The translations under genes and the position numbers were made by a program. DNA of 63,319 bases, the filler included, from Octopus bimaculoides (Eukaryota), in assembly GCF_001194135.2 (NCBI RefSeq). It is 5 parts of 5 records of this genome, joined end to end, with 100 filler letters (N's around TTAATTAATTAA, not from the genome) between each part and the next. Parts side by side here need not be neighbours in the genome. Positions count along the whole stretch, not along the records: positions 11,661 to 26,294 come from NC_068990.1; 4 more parts are not named here. One strand, written 5' to 3'. The notes beneath the pieces are model-generated. The model worked only from the letters and a program-made list of their open reading frames with translations. It made no database searches and was not told where the DNA came from. The stretch's first letter is position 1. Every line of letters begins with the position of its first letter. Positions 11,787 to 24,979 of the stretch are shown here, one piece after another.

Positions 11787-13894
11787 CAAGACGCATATGA
11801 CCGAAGGGGGTTTCATATATCCCAAATAATATATTTTGGGATTATGTTAAAGAAAAACATCGATAACGCATTTTCAACTGTATATTCAAAGCACTTTCTT
11901 GTTTGAGATTAATACAAGTGATAGATCAGCTCTGAGCCTTCTCTTCACCGAATTATTGCAAGGCGTTATTAACTTATTCAGAGCTGGTCATAAAGAAGAT
12001 TGATTGGAGTAAAATATCTTTTAGAATGCAAACAATATTTGCAGTCACAGGAGTCAAAGTTGCGGACTGATTCAGTAACTTTTATCTTTGGTACTGTCAT
12101 TCTGTAGTTTTACATTCATGGTATTATTTCCTTGCTTACATAAATCATCATCATCATCATTAATGTTTTCATTAGCATCATCCAAAAACTTAATTCCAGG
12201 GAAATTGATTAAAAATACTGCAAAATAATTTCTAGATAACAAATAAAACACCTTGTAAATGAAGCCGCTTCAGAAAGATATCTTGCCCGCTAAATTTAAG
12301 GATTTTCAATAAAATTGAATTGTTTTATAACTGAAATTTATAAAAATCTGCAGAATTACAGGCAATTTAATATTGACAGTACCAATAGTATTTAGATGGG
12401 TAAAATTTCTATGTTTAAATGAGTTAAGTTACATGCCTTAAAATTTAAACCTTTACAAGAAAAGAGTTTCTGAAATACTAAATAAATCTAATTGCCGTGA
12501 AGAGTAGAGACAGAATTTATTTAACGTTAACTGTCTGCTTGATTTATTGTCTCTGATTTATTGTTATTAGTTTTATCGGATTCCAGATTTTATTGACTTT
12601 AGTCGAGGCCGCTGTAGTGCAAGTATTTGAACGAGAATTCCGGTTTGAAAATACCACAGAAACTTTAACACGCTCACGCCATCAACTTTTCTCAATCCAT
12701 TAAATGGAATTAATGATTGCTAGACAGTACCAAGTATATATATATATATATATATATNNNNNNNNNNNNNNNNNNNNNNNNNNNNNNNNNNNNNNNNNNN
12801 NNNNNNNNNNNNNNNNNNNNNNNNNNNNNNNNNNNNNNNNNNNNNNNNNNNNNNNNNNNNNNNNNNNNNNNNNNNNNNNNNNNNNNNNNNNNNNNNNNNN
12901 NNNNNNNNNNNNNNNNNNNNNNNNNNNNNNNNNNNNNNATATATATATATATACAGTAATCCTAATCCTTCGACTAGCGCGAGTGGTACGTTCCAAAATC
13001 CCCCGTTATAAGTGAAAATCAGCGAAGTAGAAACAGTATTGTACTGTATATTTTTTTGATTATTTTTATAATTTGCATCCATTTATTTTATTATAAATGC
13101 AAAACAACACCACAGAGGAATCGACGTAAGCTTAAATAATAAACCGCAATATGGCGGGGGATAATCCCGTAATTGGCTGCTCTTTAAGCAGGAGATTAAT
13201 CCAATGTATTCTTCAATTCATGACTGTCCCCGGAGATTTAGTCTACACTTATAAGCTACTGCTTTCTAGAAGACTAGAGATCCCGTTCCACTGTGTAATA
13301 CAAATCTTTAATTTCTAATCGTTGTCTTACAGACCAAGGAATGTTCTACCGTTATTATCAAAAATATGGTGCCGTGAGTTCACTCACCTCAACAGACCTT
13401 TTCTTGTCTCTTGAACGGTGGCAATATAGACTTCTCGGTTCCACTACCAAAAGTCCATCTTTCTATAAGGTCATAAGTTATTTCTGTTGGCCTCAAACTT
13501 TCTTCAAATACTAGTTGTTTCGTTATCGTTCAACAGATAAGAGACACTGACCAACTTTTGGAAGCTAAGAAACATCCGCATTACTCTGGTTACCTTCAGC
13601 TAAAAAGAAAGGGCCATACAGGTCGTGTTGTCAGCGTATGAAAATATTGCCATCCAGAATTATCTGTATCAGTTTATTATTGACCATCACGTTGTCTGTC
13701 CAGATATATTTGATCTCCTTCTTGATCATAGATTTCACGTTTGTCATGCTACCACAATGTACGCCACTGGCGTGCGTCGCTGCGCAATAATATCTATGTA
13801 TTTATGTACGCTAAAGACTTAAAAAATAAAACTTACGGCTTTTGATAACTTACACTGATGTATGGATGACTCGTAAATTATGCTATCTTTATTT

Positions 13895-14015
13895 ATCTAT
13901 ATTTACCGACCCCAAAAGAATGCAATGTAAAGTCATGCTCGGCAGCATTTAAACTCAGAACGTAGTGAGAATGTCGACTTGAATGTATTATATCCGGCGC
14001 TCTAACGATTCGTTT
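13895..14015 (-). mobile_element. Degraded family A SINE
   Basis: tttaccgaccccaaaagaatg..aaagtca..ctcggcagcatttaaactcagaacgt..ggcgctctaacgattc. Confidence 0.65.
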
Positions 14016-15519
14016 AATTCTTTGCTTTATGTGACATCGTGCTTCATGCAACAACAAAAGGGTCTGTTTCTATCCGCCGATTTCCCTTGCTTTCAATGTC
14101 ACAAACCTATAAGTCAGCACCGTGTCTCTGTAGCCGTGAATGCCAACAGCAATTTAATGACTGCATTTTGAAACCAGTTCCCATGTACCTCTCCTTATTT
14201 AAAACGTTAATGACAGCAATTATTGACACCAACAAAATCTTCATTCGTGTTTTATACAAAATATTTCCAATTAAAAATACCCGATAATCAGCTCAACTAT
14301 TTCTCATTATGTCTCCCTGTCACTAAACCTTGAATTAGACACTTTACTAAAAACTAACCTTCAAGACTCAGATGTTCTCTTAGGTCACATTTTCCCTACA
14401 ATCTTGCAGAAATGATACAGCGCCATCAAGATTTAGGACTTCGAAACTTATGGGAAATACCTTTCTTATCTTATTCACCAAAAATGTAAAGTGAGATATT
14501 TTTCATCAATATATTAGACATGTTTGTAATCTATTAAACACAGGAATATTTTAAATGTAAATATCCTCTTTATCGAATTTGTTCACTTTTCTCTAGATTA
14601 TATTAGAGCTTATATTATATAACCATTTCTAGATGAACCGTGTATCCGAATATTTCTAAACAAACTTAGTCAAGGAATAGGTTTCTATCGGCAGATTGAT
14701 CTGTATGAATTCGCGTTTGTTCTTAATAAGATTGGATATGTATCACAAGACAATTTCTCATTCCTACTCTTTATAAAATTATAAAATCAATAACATGAAA
14801 GCTTTCCCAGCAGTGGCATAAGACCAATCAAAGAGAAAGTTTGTCTGATACTTTCTTCGTCAGAGCGTGGAGTTATTAAAGCTAACGTGTATATAACAAC
14901 TATATACAGTTGCTTAGCACTAGTTACACATGAAGTGACTAATACAGTGTAGTAGAACGTCTATAATTTAAGAGTAGTACTTATACACATTAGATGAATG
15001 GTGTAGATATTAGTGCATAAATAGGAGTCAAAAATACGCGAAAGGACATGAACATATCAGTGTCCCATATTAATATTCAAAAAGATAACTACGTTAATCA
15101 TTTATTGGCACACACTCTGAGTCGATAGCAATCTATAATCATTAATTCATTTAGATAAAATTCCATTCATTTATTCTCACTCTAATGCTGAAGATTTTTT
15201 TTTCTATAAATAAGGCATCATTATCATAATCGGTTACGTTCAATCGTTGCATTGATTCAATGTATTTGTTTTGTTATTCGGATCTACTGATTCATTTAGC
15301 TCAGCCCTTTACCACATAAATTTGTTCATAGTCAAGCCAGTTTATGAATTATTTATCAACTACAACAGATTTTTTTTCCTATCAATGGGCTGTTAAAATA
15401 CGACACCTGCTTCCATAGTATGCCCTTCATTTCGATTACTCTCTATAAAATGTTTTGCTTTTAAACACAGAAAAAATAGATGTACTACTGTGTGTGTAGA
15501 GTCTGTGTGTGCTTGTGTA

Positions 15520-15590
<71 letters not shown>

Positions 15591-15911
15591 NNNNNNNNNN
15601 NNNNNNNNNNNNNNNNNNNNNNNNNNNNNNNNNNNNNNNNNNNNNNNNNNNNNNNNNNNNNNNNNNNNNNNNNNNNNNNNNNNNNNNNNNNNNNNNNNNN
15701 NNNNNNNNNNNNNNNNNNNNNNNNNNNNNNNNNNNNNNNNNNNNNNNNNNNNNNNNNNNNNNNNNNNNNNNNNNNNNNNNNNNNNNNNNNNNNNNNNNNN
15801 NNNNNNNNNNNNNNNNNNNNNNNNNNNNNNNNNNNNNNNNNNNNNNNNNNNNNNNNNNNNNNNNNNNNNNNNNNNNNNNNNNNNNNNNNNNATATATATA
15901 TATATATATAC

Positions 15912-16072
15912 GATGGGCTTCTTCCAGTTTCCGTCTACCAAATCCACTCTCAAGGCTTTCGTCGGCCCGAGTCTATTATAGAAGACACTTGTCCAAGGTG
16001 CAAACCAGTGGCACTAAACTCGGAACCACGTGACTGAGATGCAAGCTTCTTACCACACAGCAACGTCTGTGC
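15912..16072 (-). mobile_element. CORE-type SINE (family B), 5' half
   Basis: cagtttccgtctaccaaatccactc..ggcccga..tagaagacacttgtccaaggtgc; reverse of the CORE-like gcaccttgggcaagtgtcttcta. Confidence 0.88.
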
Positions 16073-16152
16073 ATACACACACACACACACACAAATATAT
16101 ATATGTACATGTATATATACATATAATGCTTCCTGTATAGATATATATATAC

Positions 16153-16183
<31 letters not shown>

Positions 16184-16608
16184 TACGTATTTGCACCCAT
16201 GCACATTGATGAAGTGAAAGTCGCTTTCAGCCTACTTTTGTATTAGAAAATTAGTTAATATTGATTAATACAACGTGCTTTTACTGTTCAATGAATAATC
16301 GACCAGAGATGGTTAAACAGACACCATTAATAAGTGAAATATTTAAAGAATTCTTTAACATCCAGTAAACAATTTTGATTCAAGTAAATTATTACACAAT
16401 GCCATAATAAGAAAGCAAAAACTTGAGCTCAAATTCATACGGTCATATACACAAATAAATAAGTGTGAGCGTGCATGTGTGTGGACACGTACGCATATTT
16501 TATAAACTATATAATAGATATGTGTTTGCATGTGTCTGGTTAAATTCCATGTGGTGAAAATGGGACATTTTGTTGCCTTTTACGGGGTTCAGACACTTTT
16601 AATATACA

Positions 16609-17305
16609 TAGGTGGGCTGAAAAGTTTATAAGCCGGCTATGAAGGAGTGATGCTAGAGCTGTGAAATCTTGCATACATTACCTTCAACTCTACTTATAAA
16701 TTACTACATTGTTTCTTTCCAGGTAAACAGATATCTGACTGTTCAAAGAAGATTCCAAAAGTAACTGGTAGCGACTTCTCTTGGAAATGGAGAAAATTTG
16801 GCATCGTGGTGTTATCAAATACCTGCAGACAAAAGGTTTAGCCCTCAAATGACATTCATACTGACATGGTTACGTTATCAACAGTGCATAAATGGGAAGA
16901 TGAACTTAAGAGGAGAAGGGAGGGTATTGAAGATGACTCATGGCCTGGACATCCTGCAACTGCTAAAACCAAGAAAAAACATTGATCATGTTCACCACAT
17001 AGTGATAGATGACAGGCAATTACCTATAAATTAAATAGCCAAGGCTATTAGAATATTTGGTGGAATAGTTGAGACTATTGTGCACAATGAATTTAGCCTG
17101 ATCGGGGTTTCTGCTCGACGGATGCCACAACTTCTGACACATGATCAAAGACGCATCAGGCTGAGCAGATGAAGGGAAATCTGACACTGAACATTTCCTA
17201 ACCCAGGATGAGTGTTGACTTCATCACTTTGAACCAACCCATACAGTGAAAAACACCCGTCCTCACCTGTTGCGAAGAAGGCCAAAGTCGTTTCACTCTT
17301 TCAGT
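16609..17305 (+). mobile_element. Decayed mariner transposon (left TIR plus transposase N-terminal half)
   Basis: TA-ggtgggctgaaaagtt TIR; ATG at 16787 gives MEKIWHRGVIKYLQTKG..STVHKW..EDD..PGHPATA..NIDHVHHIVIDDRQL..VSARRMPQLLT (WVPREL-like)..TQDEC*LHHFEP, with stops and frameshifts. Confidence 0.92.
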
Positions 17306-17404
17306 CAAGGCAGAATAACACCGGTCTTTTTGAGAACTTGTCTATGTGATAAATTTCATATATATTATACATATTACATATACCATAAGTATTACATAAA
17401 GAAA

Positions 17405-17437
17405 GATAGACAGACATACAGACAAACAGACAGACAT

Positions 17438-17494
<57 letters not shown>

Positions 17495-17511
17495 TAGATA
17501 GATAGATAGAC

Positions 17512-17567
<56 letters not shown>

Positions 17568-17570
17568 CGT
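17405..17570. repeat. (GACA)n(GATA)n microsatellite
   Basis: Direct reading. Confidence 0.96.
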
Positions 17571-17949
17571 ATATATATATCGTATATATTATATATTACA
17601 TATCTTTTGTTTAACAACAGACACAGTAAATTCTGGTAACTGATTTATGGGGTTTATAGTTCGGACGTTGAAGGTGGAAATGAGGAAACACTTTTTTACA
17701 TTTCGACAGGTTAGGTTTTGAGCTTGGCTTCTTTACTGACATTTCGAACACAGTGGCCGAAGTCTCAACCCCATCAGAATGCATTCCTTGTTGAGCCACA
17801 TGATGGGCGATGCGGCTTAAGCGTCTGATATGAGAAAGGGTCATGCTTGTCTTTCGTTAGCTGAATATCTCAACTAGAAACGCCACACCTATAGATGTTG
17901 CAGTAGTTGCTTCAATGAACTGGATACTTGGCCGTTGACTTTGTAAGTT

Positions 17950-18955
17950 CTTTCGCCCAGATTATTTTGTGTGTTTTACCCTTGGTAGGTATCAGCTTCT
18001 CCACAGAAACAAACGCATTCATCATGCTGCTTCCAATAGCTTCTCCGTATCCCTGGTCCGAGGATTTTCACCATTGAGGTTTTCTCCTCGTGTGTGATTA
18101 TTTTGATGTCACTCCTGGTCCTAGTCCTGTCTAGTATGGATAGCCCTACCAAGAGAGGAACTCCTACCAACATAGCTTTTGGGATCATTGGAGCACGCAT
18201 ATAAGCATATAAAAAATATAGAAAATGGAAGAAATACTTCTTCCATACGGTATCTTAAAGGGAAGTGTGAACGCCATCATTATGTTGCATAGAAATACTC
18301 TATAGTTCGTTCTCTAGGTGGAGACACAGAGTTCTTTGACATAGTGGCTGATGTCTTCTAACGTGATACCTTTGCATCCTACCTGTTCATTATATTTCTA
18401 GGTTATGTTCTCCACACCGTTTAGATGAGATGAAAGACAAAGGATCCACTCTTCAACCAGCCAAAATTAAACGTTTCCCAACTGTGTCCATCACAGATGC
18501 TGATTGTGCTAATGACTTGGTGCTGCTAGCAGATGAAGTTTGTGATGCACAGTCTCTTTTGCACAGCTTTGAAAGTGCTGATAAAGGTATTGGTCTTTAT
18601 TTTCAATTCAGGCAAGATAGAATATATGATGTACAAACAAAGCGGCAACATTAAAATCTGGAAAATTTTTGAAAGATTCAAACGAATTTAGGAATTAAAA
18701 CTGCAAAGGAAGATTTGTTCGCAAATGATGTTCATCGGGTGAGATCATCGGGTGAGATCATCAGTCACGTTTTTTCTTTGGAAACTGAAGCATGGTTACG
18801 CAAACGTTGGCAGACCACATCAAACTTTGCGAGGATTCCGAGTGCACCCGAGATAACTTATCACGTGCAATGGCGGACTGACAGACTCAAGAGAACGAGT
18901 CACGGCGATCCGTGCAATAAGTACGACCGGATGTTGATGGTGATGATGATGATGT
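17950..18955 (+). mobile_element. Decayed RTE-clade LINE: 5'UTR-like segment, RT fragment, 3' end with (GAT)n tail
   Basis: From 18225 MEEILLPYGI..NAIIML..GDTEFFDIVA..DTFASYLFII..KDKGSTL..ITDADCANDLVLLAD (YADD-derived)..AQSLLHS..KGIGL; ends gatggtgatgatgatgatg. The 5' boundary is uncertain. Confidence 0.85.
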
Positions 18956-19529
18956 ATATTACATATAGCATACGTGTAGGGTATATATATATATCTTAAA
19001 TATCATGTATATACGTAGATAATATATACGTATATGTATAATATATAATATATTTATATAAATATATATATATATATATTTATTCATATATGTATACATA
19101 TATATTACATATAATTTACACACATATGTTATATATATATGCATATATAATGTGTGTATATGTATTTACATGTATATATAATGCATGTATATATATATGT
19201 GTGTGTGTATGCATATATGTATTTATATATGTATGTGTGTGTGTATGTATGTATGTATTATGTATCTATGTATGTATGTATGTATGTATGTATGCATGTA
19301 TGCATGCATGTATGCATGTATGTATGTATGTATGTATGTATGTATGTACACTGGTTTATGTCGTACAAATGAGAGGTGGGTGCTTCAAACATGTAGAGGA
19401 TATGACTCTTTAATTGAAACTGACACAGAGTTTGTATCGCGACTCGTACTTCGTGTCACTGTCCCTGCCTGAAGATCACAATGGCAGGAAACTCGAGCCA
19501 TGTGACAAATATTCAATTTCAGTTTCAAT

Positions 19530-20195
19530 TATGTCTCAGTTGCAACAACTGACAGGAATCATCAGCAAGTGGTTGAATTGATTCGGGCAAACAGATGTGT
19601 CTCAATCCATGATCTTGATGCAAAATTGGACTATGGCCACAAAAAATACAGAAGATAGTAGAAGACAGCATGTGATAAGTGACTAAGTGGATGCCATAGC
19701 AGTTGACATCCGACTCGAACAAGAGAAAGTCAGAAGCCTTCTCATATCAACTTTATCGTATTTGAAGCTAATAACACACTTATTTCTGATGATCCAGAAA
19801 CAAAGCTTAAGTCATGGATTAGAATCACACCTTTTCTCCAAGTCCTTAGGAATTCAAGAGACACTTGAACGTTATGGTAACCGTTTGGAAGAACGACGAA
19901 GGCGTCATTCACCTTAACGTTTTGGATCATAGTCATACTGCGAACGCAGACGGCACGTTAAGACACTCTGGAAGTTGAGGGAAGCTGTTAAAAGGAAAAA
20001 GACTGCGCAAGAATCTGTAAATGATTCAATGCGCAACCACACGAATCTTTGGCAACAAACTTAGCAATTAGGCAACCACCTTAATGCCGAGTTCTGGTGC
20101 CCTCTGATTTCCACTCGACCATTCCAATAAAGGACAGACTTCGAAGACAAATATTTGATGTCACAGATGAGGTGAAAGTGACTGCGAAGAAGAGT
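19530..20195 (+). mobile_element. Heavily decayed mariner transposase
   Basis: Fragments SVATT..VVELIRANRCVSIHDL..KWMP*QLT..VTVWKNDEGVIHL..LREAVKRK..PSDFH..IKDRLR..FDVTDEVK resemble the mariner HTH, catalytic and YSPDLAPSDF regions. Confidence 0.75.
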
Positions 20196-20510
20196 CATGT
20201 ATGAAACACTATACACAATGACAATCTGTCATACATTATTAAGTTGAACTCTGTGAAATATAATTTAAAAAGATAGACTAGCTGTCAAATTAATAGTACA
20301 ATGAGGAAAGCTTGAAATTTAAAAGGTCAAGTTGAAATAAGATACCCTTTAAACAATGCTGGGAAAATTGTATATTTAACATTATTCCTCGGTAATATTA
20401 CAGAAATATCGAACAAAATCAGTTGAATGACTTTATAAAGCATTTTATATGAATACAATGAGAGTAAGTAAGAAATATAGCATGCAATTACTATAAAAGA
20501 ATTTTTTTTT

Positions 20511-20548
20511 AATGTGCCCCAGCATGGCCGCAGCCTCAAGGCTGGAAC
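20511..20548 (+). mobile_element. Isolated SINE/LINE 3'-end motif
   Basis: gtgccccagcatggccgcagcctcaaggctggaac. Confidence 0.6.
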
Positions 20549-20563
20549 ATATAAAAGAATAAC

Positions 20564-20880
20564 TGGCATTCCATCGTTAACGACAACGAGGTTGCTTCGA
20601 TCAACGGAACGTCCTGGTCGTGAAATTAACGCGCATGTGGCTGAGCGCTCCACAAACTCGTGTACCCTTAACGTAGTTCTCAGAGACGTTCAGCGTGACA
20701 TAGTGTGACAAGGCCAGCCCTTTGAAATACAGGTACTACTCATTTTTATTAGCTGAGTGGACTGGAGCATAATGAAATAAAGTTTCTTGCTAATGGACAC
20801 AACACGTTGCCAGGAATCGAACTCACGACATTGCGATAATGAGCCGAATACTCCTAATCACTAAGCCACGCGCCTTCACA
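20564..20880 (-). mobile_element. Full-length tRNA-head SINE (family C)
   Basis: Reverse complement begins gaaggcgcgtggcttagtgattagg (A box) ..gtgagttcgattcc (B box), then CORE-like gtgtcc..agcaagaaacttta and a distinct tail. Confidence 0.85.
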
Positions 20881-21344
20881 ATAAACAACTATAAGCAAAT
20901 AATAAAAAAAAGTATATATTACACTATTACCTTCAACATTGTTCGAAATTCTTGTCGCTACAGACAGGAATTGTATTGTAGGTAAACTTCACCAAAACAA
21001 GCATGAGTCAATGAACAGCATATTGTTTCACGAAAACTTCACAAATCAGAAACGCATTGCTATCCATATATATACATGCATGCATATATGCATGTATGTA
21101 TGTGTGTATGCATGTATGTATGTATGTATGTATGTATGTATGTACATACAAACATAATACAGATAAGCCAACAGTGTAATCTTTATAACAACAATTACAG
21201 AAATTTTATCCAACCTACCGTTATGCTTCCGTGTCGTACAATAGTGACGTGTGTGTTTGTACATTTATAAGTACGTATTGGAAGTTCATGTTTAATTACG
21301 TGCATAGTAGCAGCAGTCAAACACCAGCAGCAGCGGCGGTGACG

Positions 21345-21382
<38 letters not shown>

Positions 21383-22837
21383 TTTATCACTTTTATGTCT
21401 GAGTTCGAATGACGGGGATTTGTCAGCATAAGTTCAGTTCCGTTTGGTGTTTAATCTAATATACACCAATAGAGGATTACTAATGAAATTAGAATGGTGG
21501 TACTGACCCCACTTTGTGTCTCTGAATCATTTCTGAATTGCTGACAACAATTTTTTTTTTTTTTTTTTTATGTTCTGTGTGATCAATATCTTAGTGCTTT
21601 GGACGAGTCAGTTCTTTTTTTACTAAGATTTCAGCGCTGCTGAAAGTATATTTACGTTTCTAAGTATATATAAGTGGAATACATGCATGTGCATGTACAG
21701 TGCATTCATTATGTGAACAGGTCGTCTTAAAATATTGGGAGAGATTACAGCTAAAGCTATATGTGAGTGAGAGAAATATCAAGTGCGTGATTGTGTATAT
21801 TTTATGAGCGCACGCGTATAACAGCAACGCAACTAATAAACTATCGTTAACCTGTTGAGACAAGGTAGGGCGAGAGTAAGATGTTTACACCTGCCAGCAA
21901 TGTCTAGTGATATATGTGTGTGTCTGTGTCTGTGTGTGCGCGCGCGCGCGTGCGTATGTATACGTGCGCGTGTGTGTACAAGCAAATAGACAGTCAGTGA
22001 CTGAATACAGAGGCAATAAAAAGCGAACCACTGTGCTAGTAAACAGAAAATCACCCGGGTAACATAAATAAGAAATATGTTAAGAAATCAGAAATAGAAA
22101 TAGCTGTGTTCTAAGATACGTCTGTAGCCAAAGTATTGTCCAGCTAAACCTCTCGTTGAAATAGTCAAGAATGAAAATGATTAATGTTATTCTCAAGAAA
22201 TAGTCTGAAACTCAAAGTAGCTGAAAATACTGTTTACTGGTAAATAAGCTCCTCGAGATGTTTTACTTATTTCGTTGCATAAATAATTAGAATTAGGGAG
22301 TTATGTATCAGCGACGACAACCAGTTTAAGTTTCATTTCTTCCGATCACAAAACGGTCACCTATTAGTAAAGACACCTACGGTCCTCGGCTGCTTGTCTT
22401 TACTGCATATGGGTCGCAGCACTTATTAAAGTTTATACTGCTTAATAATAAATTAAAATTTAAGTCTAAATATAGCTACCTTAGCTCTAGTTGCGAATAT
22501 TTCTCATTATTGTTTCAAGGCAGACACAAATAATGTAGTTTATAACAGTTGCAAATCGAAATAAAATGGAAATGTCTATAATCCTCTCACCACATAGTGT
22601 AAAGTTGGAAACTTAGTCAAATGAAATTCTAATGAAGCGAAATTCTTTCGGTGATTTCAAACTCTAATTGCAATAAAAACTGAGTTTCAATAAGGCTTCC
22701 CTTATCAAAACATTCAAATGCCTGTGAAAGTGCTTAATTGAAATCTTGCATCCGTAGGTGGAATGCATTTAAGAAAATTCTGTTTCATAGCTACAGGCCT
22801 TGACATGCATCCACAATTGTTGTAATAGTTTTCGTTA

Positions 22838-22870
22838 ATCTCTCTCTCTCTCTTTCTCTCGCTCTTTCTC

Positions 22871-22945
<75 letters not shown>
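22838..22945. repeat. (CT)n microsatellite
   Basis: Direct reading. Confidence 0.96.
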
Positions 22946-22948
<3 letters not shown>

Positions 22949-23311
22949 CTTTACCTATCTACCCTTGTCTCTCATTACATTATAAATATTCAATATCTCA
23001 ACAAAATTCTTGACTTCAATGGGAATATATTTTATTATTGTTTTCTAATCGACGAAAGTTTACTTACGTCACCGTAAAATTCACATTTAAGAAAGGATAT
23101 TTTAATTGTTATACTTGGGGATGCACTATATGTTTGGTCTTTACTTCAGCTTTATTATTATTTTTGTTTCTTTGTCAAAATTCTCTTGTCACACGTCATT
23201 GTGCCCTCTTAGGTGACCCTTTATCCCACGTGTCTCCTCTTGCTTTGATTTGTCAATTTTGTCTTTCTGTGGTCTGTATCCTTATCTGCGCATGCATTTG
23301 TCTGTATCTGT

Positions 23312-23343
<32 letters not shown>

Positions 23344-23904
23344 CGATGTGTTTAGTATGTGTGTTTTGTGAGCGTGTATATGAGTTTGCTTTTTGGTTTC
23401 CTTTAGAGTCTTTTATAGCTGAATGCAAAATAATACTTCACAAGTTGAATCGGGTTTTGAACCAACATAGTGGATGCTAAAATTTACCATTTAGATGCTC
23501 TAATGCTAACTTTAATATGAAATTATTATTCTTGCTATCTTACGGATGAAAGACTTGTATCTTTAACTTTTTTCTTTTATGTCTATATTCCTTAAATTTA
23601 AGTTAAATTGCTACTCACGTTTCTGGCAGAGCTTCAGTCTTGTCGCAGACGAGATGATGCTAAATTTCTTTTCTCCCTATTGATCATGTGCAATGCGTTT
23701 TAGAAACCTACAGTTAGATCTTTTAGTAGTGTATCGCTTGTTTTTTTTAAGCAGTGTGCTTCACTGTCTTCTAAAAAAAAACTGGAATCTAAATATACAT
23801 TCCAGAGATGATCATCCTCCCCATCATACAAGTCTGGATATTGTGTAACTTACAGATATAATTTAATGGTGTAAAGGAATCGGAGCACAAGTGTTAAAAT
23901 GGTT

Positions 23905-24075
23905 AGTAATTTTGAGGGAGAGGGAAATCTATTACCTCGAATCCAGTTCTCACCTAGTGCTAATCTTGTCAACCACGAAAGTTAAAAGGATAAGTGAACT
24001 TCAATAGCATTTGAGCTCAGAACGCAAAGAGTTGCGAAGCATGTTGTGCGTCGCTGAAACGACTCTTGCCGCCTT
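23905..24075 (-). mobile_element. Degraded family A SINE
   Basis: gagggagaggg..cgaaagttaaaagg..catttgagctcagaacg..aagcatgttgtgcgtcgct..gccgcctt. Confidence 0.65.
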
Positions 24076-24936
24076 AAAAATGACCTTACGTTTTAAGCTT
24101 TGAAGTAATGCAATTGCCATTACATAATATGGTGTTTTGCTTCTGATAATCACTTCTAAATGTAAAACTATGTCTCTTCTAAAGCCTCTACATATTAAAC
24201 TCTACAGAAGGGTGTTTCATGATGAAATATAAATCAGGAAAATATTTTGAGACTCCAGAGAATGCATAAGATCGCTCTTCCTCTAAAATAGTTCTTTCCT
24301 TAGTCATAAACGGGTAAGTATACTTACACGTTCACACGTATATGTGTGCGTGTATTTATCTATATGTCCACACATATACAGTGAAAAGGTTTAAAGATCC
24401 ACATGTTCACAATAAATCTTGTGTAGAGGATTAAACCAGTCACATTGTTACCGTAGTCCCTCAACGTTTCAGCTTTTCTAAGAGTATGTCAACTTAATGT
24501 TATTTATAACTCTGATATTCTTGGTCCTTCCTTCTAAATGTTCACTGGTTATGTAAACTGCATTACCTTTGTTACTAGTCTTGCGGCGATAATTTTCATT
24601 TAATATTGCACAGACTTGAACGATCTCATGTACTTGTTTCATTTTTATTTTCGTAATACAGCAAGTTGATTAATGTAATAACTGTACCAGTTATCGAAAT
24701 GATCGTAACTGATTAGTAAATGTAATATCATCACATTTAGTCCTTTCATTGTTTGATTTTATACTCTACAGATATGCACTGTTCCTATAATATGTACGTG
24801 TCCGGATTTTCAGTTTGTATAAAACATTTTAAATTAACTGGACGCTATTTCTTCTCTATACATCCTACTAACCAAAATTTCGCATAATGTGCTGACAGAG
24901 GTATCTGTATGATATTTTAAACTCATGTTTCTTTCG

Positions 24937-24979
<43 letters not shown>

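Noticed and set aside
12555-12580. Tandem TGATTTAT (Hox/Pbx-like) sites as an enhancer
   Set aside because: Short AT-rich motifs are expected by chance here; no conservation data.
19440-19510. ctgaaga..gaaactcgagcc motif resembling a hammerhead
   Set aside because: Stem II and stem I do not pair and the U16.1 position is C; too degenerate to call.
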